From Octopus vulgaris (taxonomy: Eukaryota), in assembly GCA_951406725.2 (NCBI GenBank), contig OX597814.1:38626001-38690000 (forward strand): a DNA stretch of 64,000 bases. The letters run 5' to 3'. Numbering within the stretch: the stretch's first letter is position 1; each line of letters opens with the position of its first letter. Below, piece after piece: positions 1 through 13,100 of this stretch. The notes below the pieces were generated by a model. The model worked only from the letters and a program-made list of their open reading frames with translations, did no database searches and had not been told where the DNA came from. The translations under genes and the position numbers were made by a program.

Positions 1-498
1 TTGAAATATAAAAAAGTTTTACGATAAAACAGTTTTCAATATATTAAGTACTTTCTGCATTTAGACTACAATCTCTGGTTTCTTTAGAATATCTTGAAGT
101 AGACCTTTAAAACAAGTGCAACAAGTGTTAATATTATTAAATGAATATCTGAAATATTCCTTTGATACCATCGTTTTCAATACGTATTTTCGCAGATATG
201 GTACTTCTTATTGATAACGAATTACTCATTACTGCAAAGCTACATATTCATTAGGGAGTGTTTTAATCAATAGAAAAGAAATTAGTATATTAAGGGACCT
301 TATGTAATTTGAAGAGACGTTTTGAAAAATTGATCAAATGTTATGGGATTTCAAACGATATAACGATTGCAAGTAGTGTACGGAATTTTACTATAGCATT
401 AATCATATTAATGACTTAGGTTGTTTAAATGTCAGTAACATAGTTAATATGAAGGCCAACGATCTAGAAGAAACGGTGTAGTAGTAGTATTAAAGTAT

Positions 499-2670
499 AA
501 TAATAATAATAAGCCTATCTTTATTGACCACAACGGCTGAACATAAAAAATATATTGGGACAAAACAAGGTTCAAGTGGGGTTTAAAACAGAAAACGTGT
601 AAACAACAAAAACGAAATAAAATAGTTGACACAAAACAGAACCAACAAAATTCCGCAATAGGGGCAGGTCCACCCGGGTCCAAGCGGGCATATCATACAC
701 CTTGATCACCACGACAGCCATGGCCACGCCAGTTAGGTACCCCTCTTTCCCTCAATTGTTCCGGCTGGCAGATGAGTATTCAGAGTAGGGCTATTCACGC
801 AATCTATTTTCGCAGCGCCCACTCACCTTTTGACAAACTTCCAGGGACTGGTGGGGAGCAACACTTCCCTCTCTACGCTCATTTTCCTTTTGAAGTGGAG
901 CGTGAAATACACGATGTGGGCTCGGTCGAGGAGAAGTCCTTGCAGTCTTGTCCACCACACTACCCATTTTGTTATGGGAACCGCCTGACTGCACTTCCCT
1001 GTTAGTAGAGTTTGCTTTAAACCGGCAGAGTTCCCTGGAAGCACTGACAGGTCAAGGATTTTTCGAAGATATATATAGGCCGCGGTCCGAAAGTCTTCAG
1101 GAAAAGACCAGATTTTCCCCGAGAGCGTCATTTAACTTTCCCACAACTAAATCCTTAGAGAACTCCAAGGTGGAACATCTACCGACCGTGTTGCTCGATT
1201 GGCAGAAAGCTTTGGGCGCTTGCCGACACTCGAGATGCCAAGCGTCCATTTTTGGTCCGTGCTTGACCCAGGATTGTAGCTCTGTGAATGAAACGAGCTG
1301 CGAGAAGTCCTGAGAAGTGGATATGTCGCAGGCTCAGCGCATGTCTACGCATAAATTACCCACAGTATGACCAGCAGCTGTTAATAGAAGATGGACCGTC
1401 TGACGAGCGGATCACGTCCCTTCCATAGAAAGTGAAGAGCAGGCGCTCCAACATTATTAGACACGAAGTGGGGCAAGGGATGAAATTCAGGCTGTTGTAG
1501 ATGATGGAAGCAATGTACGCATTCGCCACCTCCGTTCGACCGTTCAGATACAGCTTCCTCTCACCCTATTTCTAGGTGAAATGGTCCTCCCGGCTTGTTA
1601 CCCACCTTCAAATCTTGTCCATCTGGAGGACTGGACTAAACCAGATGCCGAGGAACTTAACCCTATAACGCTCTCGGATTAATCTGCTTCTAAAAGTGCC
1701 GAGCTGCAAGCCCACCGATTTTTCCTGGATGAACCCTTGCCCCTGTGACCGCTTCGTACTTCCTTAGAGCAGTAGTGGCCAAGATCTCCGATGTGTCCAA
1801 CAGCATTACGGTGCCGTCGTCTGCGTAACTCGACAGAAATCTTCCGCATCCTAGATCATGTGACATGCCTTTTGAAGCATCCAGCTTCCACATCAGTGGC
1901 TCGAAATCCAGTATGTACAGAAGAGGCGGCAGTGGGCACCCTTGACGGACCGATGGAGCGATGCTAAACGATTCCGATAGGTGGTAAATTATTTTGTCCA
2001 CCGAACACATGTCGCTGTAAACGGGACCTAAAAGCGATGCCGCAAAAGCAACATCCTAGTATTGGTTGATGACCAACAAAAGCTTTCGACTGATCTGAAT
2101 TGATAATATCCCCACCCATGATATTTTCCTTACCCACCATATCTATGATAAAACGCGTGAGGTGGAAGTAGTCGCAGATAGTTCTGTACGTGATAACGCA
2201 TTGCCAACCACTTGGCTAATACCTTGGTCAAAATCTTATAATCTGCATCCAGCAGAGTTATAAGCTTGAAATTATTTATTTCGCCCCACCTCTTGTTCGG
2301 GATTTTGTTCAACAGCACCATCACTCCACTACTCACAGCCCTGAGAATTCTCCCGTTATGCCAGTTGTGGTAGACGTCTGCCAAGAGACCACTGAACAAG
2401 TCTGACAGGAAAATAATGCTCGAAGGGCAGACCATCTTGCCCCAGAGACTTCTCTCTACCGCAGGCCTTCATCGCGACCTGTATGTCTTCGGCTCTTATT
2501 GGCATTTCGGAGAACTCCGCATCCCTGGCTTAGAGGCACGGCCTGCCACTGAGATAGAAGGTGAAATTCACAACCGTCACAGAACCACTGTGCTCCCCAT
2601 ACAATGCCGAGAAATACGGCTGAAATTCCGCATATATGTGCTTAGACTCCGTTATCATGCTCCCATCACA
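499..2670 (-). mobile_element. L1/Tx1-like LINE, 5'-truncated 3' half (decayed reverse transcriptase, C-terminus and 3' UTR)
   Basis: Minus-strand fragments contain RT motifs LITLLDADYKILTKVLAKWL (2130-2435) and SVRQGCPLPPLLY...SYADD (1690-2010), typical of L1/Tx1 ORF2. Many stops and frameshifts. AATAAA at about 520-525 (minus) is followed by a (TTA)n tail at about 499-512. Confidence 0.85.
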
Positions 2671-2671
2671 G

Positions 2672-2750
<79 letters not shown>

Positions 2751-2780
2751 CAACAACACCAATAATAATAATAATAATAA
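2672..2780. repeat. (GTA)n plus (AAT)n compound microsatellite
   Basis: About 26 GTA units, then CAACAACACC, then about 6 AAT units; directly visible. Confidence 0.97.
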
Positions 2781-3262
2781 ATGCCCTAATACAGTAACAG
2801 GATCTGACTCCCATGGCTTCTGATCTTAACTGTTGGAAGTGTTATCATGTATGTGTTTGTCTTCTTAAGTTGCCTCAGATATTCAGTTCCCTACCACAGC
2901 TGTTTGACTACAAGCATTCTGGCATATCACTTAGTGGCTGATTATATGTAGCTCTCTGATCATGATCAGATGTAGCCGGGGAGCATCATAGCCATTTGTT
3001 AAGAGAAATTCTCTGTGGTTTGGATAATTCACCTTCGGAAAAGTTTGTATTTCCTTCAGCATCCTGAAACAACCCTTATTTGGGGACGTGTTGATTGGGA
3101 TGGGCTACTCGACCTGAGCAAAATTCTACCTGGACCCCACCTGCAATGTCATGTGCTGTTTATCTTCATATGAGATCACCCTGCCTTGCACAGATTGTTG
3201 TGAATCATGCTTCTGGTGTACATTATCAGACGAGTAGTCATTATTGCTCTACTTAGCTTCGT
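2761..3262 (-). mobile_element. Interspersed non-coding retroposon ending in an (ATT)n tail
   Basis: More GC-rich block whose minus-strand end reads ...CAGTTAAGATCAGAAGCCATG...AGGGCATT(TAT)n. It resembles an abundant octopus repeat as I recall it; family assignment is not verified. Confidence 0.5.
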
Positions 3263-3739
3263 TAATAATTTCCTGTTAGCATTTGAAATTTGCTTGAAAT
3301 CTCACTAATCTACAGTTTTCTCTGGCGGTCTCAGACAATCATATTTAAAACTTACTTTGAAACTTTAATATCTACAACTTTCTGTGAATATCTAATATTT
3401 CTTTCTCCCTGAGTATTCGAAAATGTAAATATCCTTTTATTGCTGGTCACACAAATAATCATCTTTAGAATATTTTAAAACTTTAATAACCATATTTTTT
3501 CTCACTGACAGCTCGAATATGTAAACATACATTTTGTTGCAACTACACTATTAAATGCACGACAAAAATGAAAGAGATAAGCAACTACCAAAATATCCAA
3601 ACAGCACTATTACGAAAAGTGTAAATCCCAGGAAAACCCATAAAGCGAAAAAATTCAACGATATCAGTTTATACGTATTATTTTTTTTCTATCAGTAATT
3701 AAACGAGAACAAGGTCAGTTGCCTCTTTCCGAAGTCAAA

Positions 3740-3866
3740 TCAACTACTAGTACTAATACTACTACTACTGCTACTGTTGCTGCTGCCGCTGCCGCTGCAA
3801 CTATCACTACTATTACTACTACTACTACTGCTTCTGCTGCCGCTACTATTACTACTACTGCTGTTG

Positions 3867-3921
<55 letters not shown>
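3740..3921. repeat. (ACT)n/(GCT)n trinucleotide microsatellite
   Basis: Directly visible; explains the poly-T/S/L/V ORFs at 3715-4150. Confidence 0.95.
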
Positions 3922-4431
3922 ACACAGATTCAACAATAAAGTCAGCAGGCGATGGAAGGCGGCCCAGACAAAGACAAAAACAATAACACAGAAAGTAACT
4001 GCAGCTAAAACCTGCCCACTAACCTATTCCACTCGTATACTGTGGTTAGAGAATATAGACCAGCTAGTGACAAAAACAACAACGATAAAAACGCTTAACG
4101 TGGCTACAGAAGTAACAACAAATGCAAAGATCTTAATTTTCACACGATGAGCTTATCCACCAATGAAGATTACAAGTGAGTAAATGACTCTCTGATAAGA
4201 CATTTGGCATGCTAGAGAGAGTAGTTACATCTATTTTATATCGCATCAAACATTGCTGAGGAAGGACACATCAGATAATGTAATTCTGTATGCGACTGTG
4301 TATGTGAAGAGCGCAGGGATTTGGTGCCACTACTGCACTGCATAGACCGCTGTGAATACTGCGTCTATGTATGCGTGCGCGCGTATGTATGTGTGTGTGT
4401 GTGTGTGTGTGTGTGGTGGGGCCTGCGGCAA

Positions 4432-5040
4432 ATTACGCAGGGTGAACTTGGAATCTGAAAGACTAGGCTGGCAACCAAGTCAGAGCTGTTGTTGTATTTG
4501 CTGCAACCAATTACATGAAACATTCAAACACACCCGGAGAGCAAATCCTTTTAAAGTGTTATTCTCATTCTTTGTTTGCAATGATTTCAATTTCAAACCC
4601 AAATAACTGCATAAACGAGAACACTCTCCTGGATGTCGGAGTCACCAGATCTTCCGCTTCAAAAAGGTTCCCCTCAGAGGGCAATGGAATGGAAGACCTG
4701 ACTCCAACCAGTTGTAGTCCTTTTACTGTTCAAATTATGCAAAGTGCTCGGAAACGCAAGTAGGACTTTGATATAAAACAAAGGGTAATTAAGTGCCATA
4801 AACAAGCCTTGCTAGTCAAGGGCAATGGCAAATTTAAAGCTGTCGAGAAAAGAATCATTAGAACTTTAGAACCAACTTGGTATGCTCCAGATTACTGAAA
4901 ATGGGATCATGAATCAAATACGAATAATTCGGAATAGAGAATTTCTTAATAGGGCCCAAATTCAAACAATCAGGAAAAATTCAAACAATCAGATGATAAA
5001 TTCGAGGTCGATAATGTAAGTGAAGATCAGCGAATGCGTA
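4432..5040 (+). mobile_element. Probable N-terminal remnant of an R4/Dong-clade non-LTR retrotransposon
   Basis: Translation across stops and frameshifts gives ARKRK*D...RVIKCH...GMLQITENGIMNQIRIIRNREFLNRAQIQTIR. This resembles the R4/Dong N-terminal pattern RKWT..VM.CY...TEQRL.DQ.R.I....WL...E...IR. Confidence 0.5.
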
Positions 5041-6491
5041 GGCAGTGTTGATAGTATTACTCACGACAAATGCATTTTTCATAGAAATGCCGTTAAAAAT
5101 CTCCTTCCTTCTTTGTGTTTACACGATGCTGTAAGATAGTTTTACTCATTGCTTTTCTGTCTTTTTTCCTGTTTAACATGGTTTATTTTCAATAATTTCC
5201 TCCGAGATGTTTTATCAATATTACCGGTAGATGTTTTGTGGAATATAAACATATGCTGAAAAATGCAGCTCTTACGAAACAGAAAAAGGGATTTGTCAAA
5301 ACTGTTGGTCACAGGACTGTGAGATATGATGAAGAAAGACGAAAGAAAAATAACAGTTGTTGGAAAAGAAAACAAAATGTGAATACAAATGAATGATTTC
5401 GATAAATCTTTGGGGAGTGGAGTAACTTAGGCAGTAACACATTTAAGTATGCATATTTTCAATTTGATTTGAACAAGTCAAGTTTTTTGTCACTTCATTG
5501 TGTTTTCAATTTTTACTGATTAATAGAATAGTTAATTCCCATTGCAAATTTATGCTGAGTTTGGGGGTGTATTTAGGCGGAACTATCTTAGATGGTAAAC
5601 TATTTGAATTAAGGCGAGTACTCATGTGATGTAAGATCTGCAGAAAGTAAGCAAAATAAAACTAGAATAAATGATCAACTAAATAATTTAACATTTAAAT
5701 AAATAAGTATAGAAAACAAAAAGAGAGCGAGAGAGAGAGAAAATGGTAATTGTATGTGCGTATAAATAAATATTAAGTATATAAACTAAACAAAACAGAA
5801 AGTAAGTGAAGTGAGAAATGAAATACACAAGTAAATATATTCAGAATGTTTTTGTTTTAAGAATAGAAGTCGTTGACAGTGGAACCTGCAGGTGCGTGAT
5901 GAGGACAAGAAAAATACGTGTCAATTGAAATGGATGGCTGTACAGAGATATTTAAGTGTTGTTAAATGTTTTCTTGTTTTTTATAATGATAGGTTCCTCG
6001 GGAAAAGATAAATCAAACCAAAATAGAAAATGGAATTTTATAGTTAGGGTGATCAGGCAATGCTTGACACAAAGAGAGCTGACCTGCGATAGAGATAAAC
6101 TTCTTTTGATTCATGGGGAAAGTCTAATAATGAATAAATAAACAAGTAAATTATATTGAAAAATAAAGTACTTCACTAAAACTTTAACTGCGTTGTAAAA
6201 CCATGAAATAAAGGAAAAATTGAAAACTGAGTTTAAAATGCTACTAGAAAATTACTAAGAAGCAAGATTTTAAAGATAAGAGAATATTATATACAAAAAT
6301 TATTTATTGGCAAATTTTCGTTAAATAAATCACCCACTAAACTCAAAGAATGTATGACACGCAATCCAAGTACACATTTCCCGCCTGTAATTGAACAAGA
6401 GGCATGATAAACGAGAGAAAAACTACCAGTATCTCAATTAGTCATCAAAGCGTGTAATACAAGCGATGATATTAACCCTATTTTGAAGACA

Positions 6492-6710
6492 GCTTGGTGG
6501 CAAAATCATTGGCATTTCGAGGTAAAATACTTAGCGGTATTTCGTCATTATGTACGTTCTTAGTTCAAATACTGCTGAGGGCGACTTAACATGTCTTCCT
6601 TCCTGGATCGATAAAATTAAGTATCTCTCGAACATTGGTATCGATGTAATCGGTTTACCCAAATTCCCGAAATTGCTGTCCGTGTGTGAAAATTTGGAAA
6701 CAATATTAAA
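6492..6710 (+). mobile_element. tRNA-derived SINE family 1, degenerate copy, tail type C
   Basis: CTTAGCGGTATTTCGTC...AGTTCAAATAC...GATCGATAAAATTAAGTA...CGATGTAATCG aligns by eye with the intact copy at 18254. Confidence 0.75.
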
Positions 6711-8277
6711 TTTATTTAGTAACACACATTTTTGCTGCACATATGCCAAAATTATTTCATACTCTAATTAATGCAAGAACCAAGAAGGACAACTACTATT
6801 CAACCAGATTATATCCCTCTTGTGTTCTACTAAATAATCTAAAATATTGAACATAAAGGGCAATAATTTACTTCACATAGGCGAAAAGATTTTTTTTTCT
6901 CCAAATCTCGGTTTGGATTTCGAATGAATTAAAACACAAAGTTGAAAAATTTATACATGAAATAACCACATTTATCAAAAAGTCTAAGTTATTGAAAATA
7001 TCAACCACTGTGATCTGTTTCATGGGCAATAGCTTACGGTGTCCTTGTTCTTCATACCTGATTATCTTCAGATATTTTTTCTAAACGGATTTATAACTTT
7101 CTCACACATCGTACTGCTCGACTGTTATTCGGTGATGATAAAGTCAGGTTTTATATTTTCAATAGCTTCAGTCACGATGGCTTCAATTTTCATCCATTTC
7201 TGTCTTACACATCATACTTGTTTAATACATTGAGATTTTAAACCTTTAAGATTTTAACACATTAGGCATTTGCCGATGATATAGATGTAAACGCTTCGTA
7301 TTATATCATCAACAATAATAAAACTAAGTACAATTAAATGGCCAAGCGAAAATCATCAACAGTTTAATTCCCATTAATTAAATTCCATAATCCAGAAGCC
7401 TCAAATTATAATTGCGATAAAATATATTGAGGATATATATATATTAACGCTGCAGAAAACTAAAGCATACTTGGTGTTTCTTTAGAGTCTAGTTTAGGGG
7501 AGGAAGCCCATCTAATATTTCCGTTATTATTTCAAAGATATACCGTACGTTATCCCAAACAAATACCTGTCTGACATCTTCGCAATTAAGAATGTACAAT
7601 ACGGATGGCATTTTACATAGATTATGTATGGCAGCTAGGCATAGGTATAGTGAGATACGAATTCTCTCTATCTCCAAGTTGTCAAACATTTCGTATTTAG
7701 ACTGAGATAACTATAATGGTCTGCTTAAGATAGACTCCCTGAAAAGACATTTAAACGAAACCGGTTTGATTACTACTCAGTGGGTAATAGAAACTTCAAG
7801 GAATCAGAAATTACTAACGGCTCATTTTAAGCAGAAAGAAAACTTGTGTGGTTTGGTACCTCTACAACCACCTCCAGTAATACCCTTAATATTAACACCC
7901 TTACCGCTTTCTGAAATCGGTCTCTTATCTCCTCTCCACATTCCTCGTCTTAACACTCCCCATAAACCCACCGACCTCCTAATTTCATCCTTCTAACTTT
8001 TGCTCTTCAGGTTTAATCATTCCACGTTTGAAATACTCCGTATTATGACAGGAAAAGGATGAATGAGGCTCGATTTATCCATTGTTTATTGCCCCATGAC
8101 AGTCTGCCAACATTGTTATGAATATCTGAGGCCCCAGAATTAGCTGCTGGTCTTTTAAAACCTTATTTCCTTTCCTTTAAATTTTCTGTAAAGTGGATCT
8201 ATTAATAAAAAATATCTGTAAATTTATACTTAAATATTCATCGTCTGAAATTATCAACTACTTGATTTCTCTCGTTT

Positions 8278-8535
<258 letters not shown>

Positions 8536-8972
8536 ACTCGCTGTTTCTTTCTTTGTATATGTATATTGCTTAAATTGCCTATATTGCAGATAGTCCCTAA
8601 AAGTGGTTCATAATTGAGCAGGTAGATATAAATTATAGCATGCAATGAACAAACAAAACATTTGCAATCATTCTAGGACATTTAATTTATGATTTATAAT
8701 AATTTATGATTGATATTGAAGCAATGTGGCCGATTATGAGTAATGGGATACATGGGTGCTGATAAAGAGCAAAACTCACCGAAATGTGGCATATGGACCC
8801 ATTCCCCATTTTCCATGAGTATATTATGACTGCATAACGAATAACGAATATGACTGCATAACCGCGTTCTTATAAGTCATTGGTACGTTTATATCATAAC
8901 TTAAAAATTAAACGTCATTGAATGGTGCCAAATATTTTGCATCTTCATTAACTTGTGTAATGCATATAAACA

Positions 8973-9017
<45 letters not shown>

Positions 9018-9464
9018 GCATATATATATTCTCTCTCACCTCTGCCACTAATTGTACATATGGTGGATGTACAATTTATATCGGAGAGAACATAAAAATC
9101 GTCCCAGCGTCGGCTACCGAGAATGTCTTCTTGATCTTCGACAATTTTGCCTTTTTTCATTTAGATTTAATTTCAGCTACATGCACAGGCGAAAACTGTC
9201 GCTCTTGATACGGGAAGCATTGAAGAATACATTCACTGGAACTGCGAATTGCTGCCTGGTGGCTTGAAATTCTGCATGCGCAACTGAGGTGGTTTTACAT
9301 ACAGTTAGCTATCTCATTATTTTACTTAACATATAAACACCACTGACAGGAAAGTCACTCCTTATTTCGTCTGCGATAAAAATTCTTATAGACGTGAGTT
9401 AAGAATCACATTATATATCGTCATCACTGCTGTGCGATTATCTGTCTCCTTCTGATATAAATTC

Positions 9465-9635
9465 GACTTATAGCAAGCAATTTCGTCGTTGGTGGGTATG
9501 TTTATTACATTGCCCTTAGTACTCAACTGGTACTTTATCGACTTCAAACGGGATGAAAACATTGTTGACATTATCAGAATATGAACTCAGAATATAAAGC
9601 CATACGAAATACCGCTAAGCATTTCGCCCGCGTCG
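9465..9635 (-). mobile_element. SINE family 1, degenerate copy
   Basis: Plus strand ACTGGTACTTTATCGAC...GAACTCAGAA...CGAAATACCGCTAAGCATTTCGCCCG is the reverse complement of the family 1 head and core. Confidence 0.75.
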
Positions 9636-10318
9636 TATATATATATTCATTTTACATATACATAGGCGAGCACCTATATCAAACACACACAGAGATTCAC
9701 GTACACACACATAATGGTGAAGAATCATGAAGTTATATACACGCAAATACACAAACTGAAGTCAAAGAAAAACAAGAGAAGAAATTGAATAAAAGATAGA
9801 CATACAATATGTTACTCTGCTATGGATTTATCGTTTCTTAGATATTATATTTAAAAATATACTTCCGTGTCTTTAAGAAATGACAAGATAATTGGCTCAA
9901 AGCTGATGGCTAAATAAATCTTAAAATACTGCAATTAAGGGCTTAGCTTTCGACTTCCACTAACATATGTGCAGCCAATACTTATACTTTCGTTCCGTCG
10001 CATGGTAGACTGACACACTTTCTAAAGTGCTTAATTTTCCTAATTCATCTGACATTATCATAACACGCTCCTGACCGTGTGCACGTCTCATCATTTACAG
10101 GATTAGGTGGCGACACACATGCTATGTATTTTTATGTCGGTTATATTTCGTCTTTCAATTCAGATATTGCAGTTCTACTCTATTTCTCTTTGTATTTTTC
10201 TTCTAAACAATGACAGAAGCGATGCATTTCAGTGAAGCCTTGAAAATTCATCCTTTCTCAAATAGCTTCAAAGCATACAAGCCAAGTAAAATACGACGTG
10301 ATATGCCGGTAATGAGTA

Positions 10319-10713
10319 GAGGCGAGCTTGTAGAAACGTTAGCACGCTGGGAGAAATGCGTAGCCGTATTTCGTCTGCCGTTACGTTCTGAGTTCAAATT
10401 CCACCGAGGTCGACTTTGCCTTTCATACTTTCGGGGTCGATATAGTAAGTACCAGTTACGCACTGGGGTAGATATAATCAACTTAACCCGTTTGTCTGTT
10501 CTTGTTTGTTCCCTCTGTGTTTAGACCCTTGTGGGTAGTAAAGAAATAGGTATTTCGTTTGACGTTACGTTCTGATTTCGAATTCCGCTCTTTCGGGGTC
10601 GATAAATTAAGTACCAGTTAGACACTGATGTCGATGTAATCCAATTAATCCCGTTGTCTGTCCTTGTTTGTCCCCTCTATGTTTAGCCCCTTGTGGGCAA
10701 TAAAGAAATAAGA
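10319..10713 (+). mobile_element. SINE family 1, head-to-tail dimer, tail type A
   Basis: Unit 1 spans 10319-10548 with B box GAGTTCAAATTCC and ends GTAGTAAAGAAATA. Unit 2 restarts at GGTATTTCG (10549) and ends AATAAAGAAATAAG. Confidence 0.9.
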
Positions 10714-11487
10714 AACATTACGGTGAGGTGCAAGGCAGCTACCACTTTGACAGGAAACTGACAACTTTATTTTACCGAAGAAAGAATCCTTTATTCACTT
10801 TTCCATTCTATTTATTTGATAAATATTAGTTTATGTTTTTGGCAAACTTGGGTAAATATTAATCACTCATTATTTGAATCAGCTATTGCGGACCGGAAAA
10901 TTATCTATTGAAATTCTGAAATGGGCCGATAGAATGAATTAAATGTTCAGCTTATATTAGCATTTTAATGAAAGTTATTACTTGCGAAACATCACTAATG
11001 ATTATGGAGAAATATCACGGGGTGATTTTGTAATCGTTATTGTAAACTCAATACCATATATAATGTATGTAATTGAATAATGTAATTTCGATACAGCAGA
11101 TAGGAAGTTGAAACGAAATCGAAGGAGTTTCATATACAATTGCAAATTTATTTCTAAGAGAAATATATTCCTGCTGTGTAATTTTATCTCCAGCATTTAT
11201 TTATGCAAGTCTGTGTATAAGAACAACAGCTATAATAAAGTAATGATAGTAGTTTGTCTGCTTCGTATGTAGAATGAGAAAATATTCATATCAATTATTA
11301 ACACTCAGTCAAGCTGTGAAGAAGTCTGGATAGACATACAACAAAGAGCTATTATTGTATGATAGGCTATCAAAACAAAAAATACTTAACACACATTTTA
11401 CCCCACCACAAACACGTATGTATACTTGTAATTATTTTCGTGCCTGCTTTCACACACATGCGTATAGACACATATATGTATGCATCA

Positions 11488-11494
<7 letters not shown>

Positions 11495-11545
<51 letters not shown>

Positions 11546-11700
11546 ATGTATATATGTATATAAGTGTGTATATGTATATATATATGTATATATGTATATA
11601 TGTATATGCATATATGTATATAAGTGTGTATATGTGTACATATATGTTTATATATGTTTATATACATATATGTGTATATAGGTATATATCTACACATATA

Positions 11701-11742
<42 letters not shown>
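11495..11742. repeat. Compound (TA)n/(TATG)n microsatellite with a roughly 60-bp internal duplication
   Basis: AAGTGTGTATATG recurs at about 11562 and 11622. Confidence 0.93.
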
Positions 11743-11745
<3 letters not shown>

Positions 11746-11849
11746 GCACACATGAAATCATCCAGACACAATACATGCATACAGATGCGGAACGATGTTG
11801 CTCTTTTATAAAACAAAATCTGAGACATATATTCTATTAAGTCATATCC

Positions 11850-13100
11850 GACAGCATAGCACAGAAGCTTTGCGTTTGTAGCGGTCCAACTCATAATTAT
11901 TCTATTCTTCATTACAAAATAATCCGAGACACTATAATCTATGAAGAGTTGTGTAGAACCAGATATCAATGCAATAGTTTGAATATCTGCAAATCTTTAA
12001 TGAATTCTCTAAAGTAGCATTCCTGAGAGGAATGATAGAAATAAATGTTTGATGCGGAGATAACATGAGTTTGGAATCCACTGGGAATCACCGGATGTGG
12101 TATGCAAATTGTAGAAAATGGCAGAGGAAACAGAGAAAGTAACTATCATGCTTGTGGATCGATGTTTACAAATAGTTAAATGTGAGGATTTGCTAATCAG
12201 CCGAATGGCTTTCCATGGAAAATAATCTTGGAAGTTTATGGGATTAACAATACGACTAACCTTCTATCTTATCAATCCGTGTACGGCAGTTATAACGGTC
12301 AATAATCATTCGTAGTCTCTAATCTCTACAAAGTTATTTTTTTAATTACCACATATCAAGTTTTTATCGTTTTCTACTATATATGAGGAGAATAAATTAC
12401 AAATAGAACATGGTGAAATTTGAATTTGCACTTGTATTAAATTTTTAGGCTTCCTACCATTCCCTACCAAACATGTGGTGCAAGAATGTTTACCGTTTTG
12501 TGCATATCTTGATTCGATGGAGTGACTAAACTTATGATAACATTAAAAGTTGTTTTAGAGTGTTTCCATCAATAGGCAAAACACTGGGGAGCTGGCATGC
12601 ATCAGAACGATCATGCATAGTTTGCACCTGGGTGTATATGATATGAAGACGCTGTTAAAGTGGCGTGTGTCCGGTCGATCAAGCACGGAGATTGAGGAAT
12701 TATATATTTCTAAACTCATTAACTCTCATCAGTAAGGCAGAATAATATTTCGGAAAAAATGTTTTTACCTTTTACCATAAAACAAGAATCTTTCAGGGCT
12801 CGAAAGCGTTTCTTTTACCGAATATTTCTGCTAAGTAATCCCTAACTCAGATACAAGAAATGTCCGGCAATTCGGCAACCTCACATGTTAAGGAAGAATG
12901 AAGAGTATTATCATCTGCATTGGTGTCTATGTATTTCGACGTGTTAAAAATGGCGTTATGTACAGTTATGTTGATAGAATATCATGAACAGATCCAATTC
13001 GTATAGGCGGAGAGAGTGCTAGGACGTCGGTAATCTTCAGAGTACTAGTGAAGTAGACCTCCGGAAGAAAACTGTATGTATTGAGTAAGGAAGACTACGT
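11850..13100 (-). mobile_element. Possible very old LINE endonuclease remnant (CR1-like)
   Basis: Only scattered motif-like pieces on the minus strand (TDVLALS near 13010-13040, PFLTRRNT near 12930-12955). Highly decayed. Confidence 0.3.

Noticed and set aside
3715-4150. Thr/Ala-rich mucin-like 143-aa ORF
   Set aside because: Generated by an (ACT)n/(GCT)n tract that is open in most frames; non-ATG start and no splice context.
7250-7900. AFADDID RT-like motif and nearby TE-like peptide pieces
   Set aside because: Too short and decayed to delimit or classify.
9050-9350. Possible Tc1-like transposon fragment
   Set aside because: No TIR pair or catalytic motif could be confirmed.
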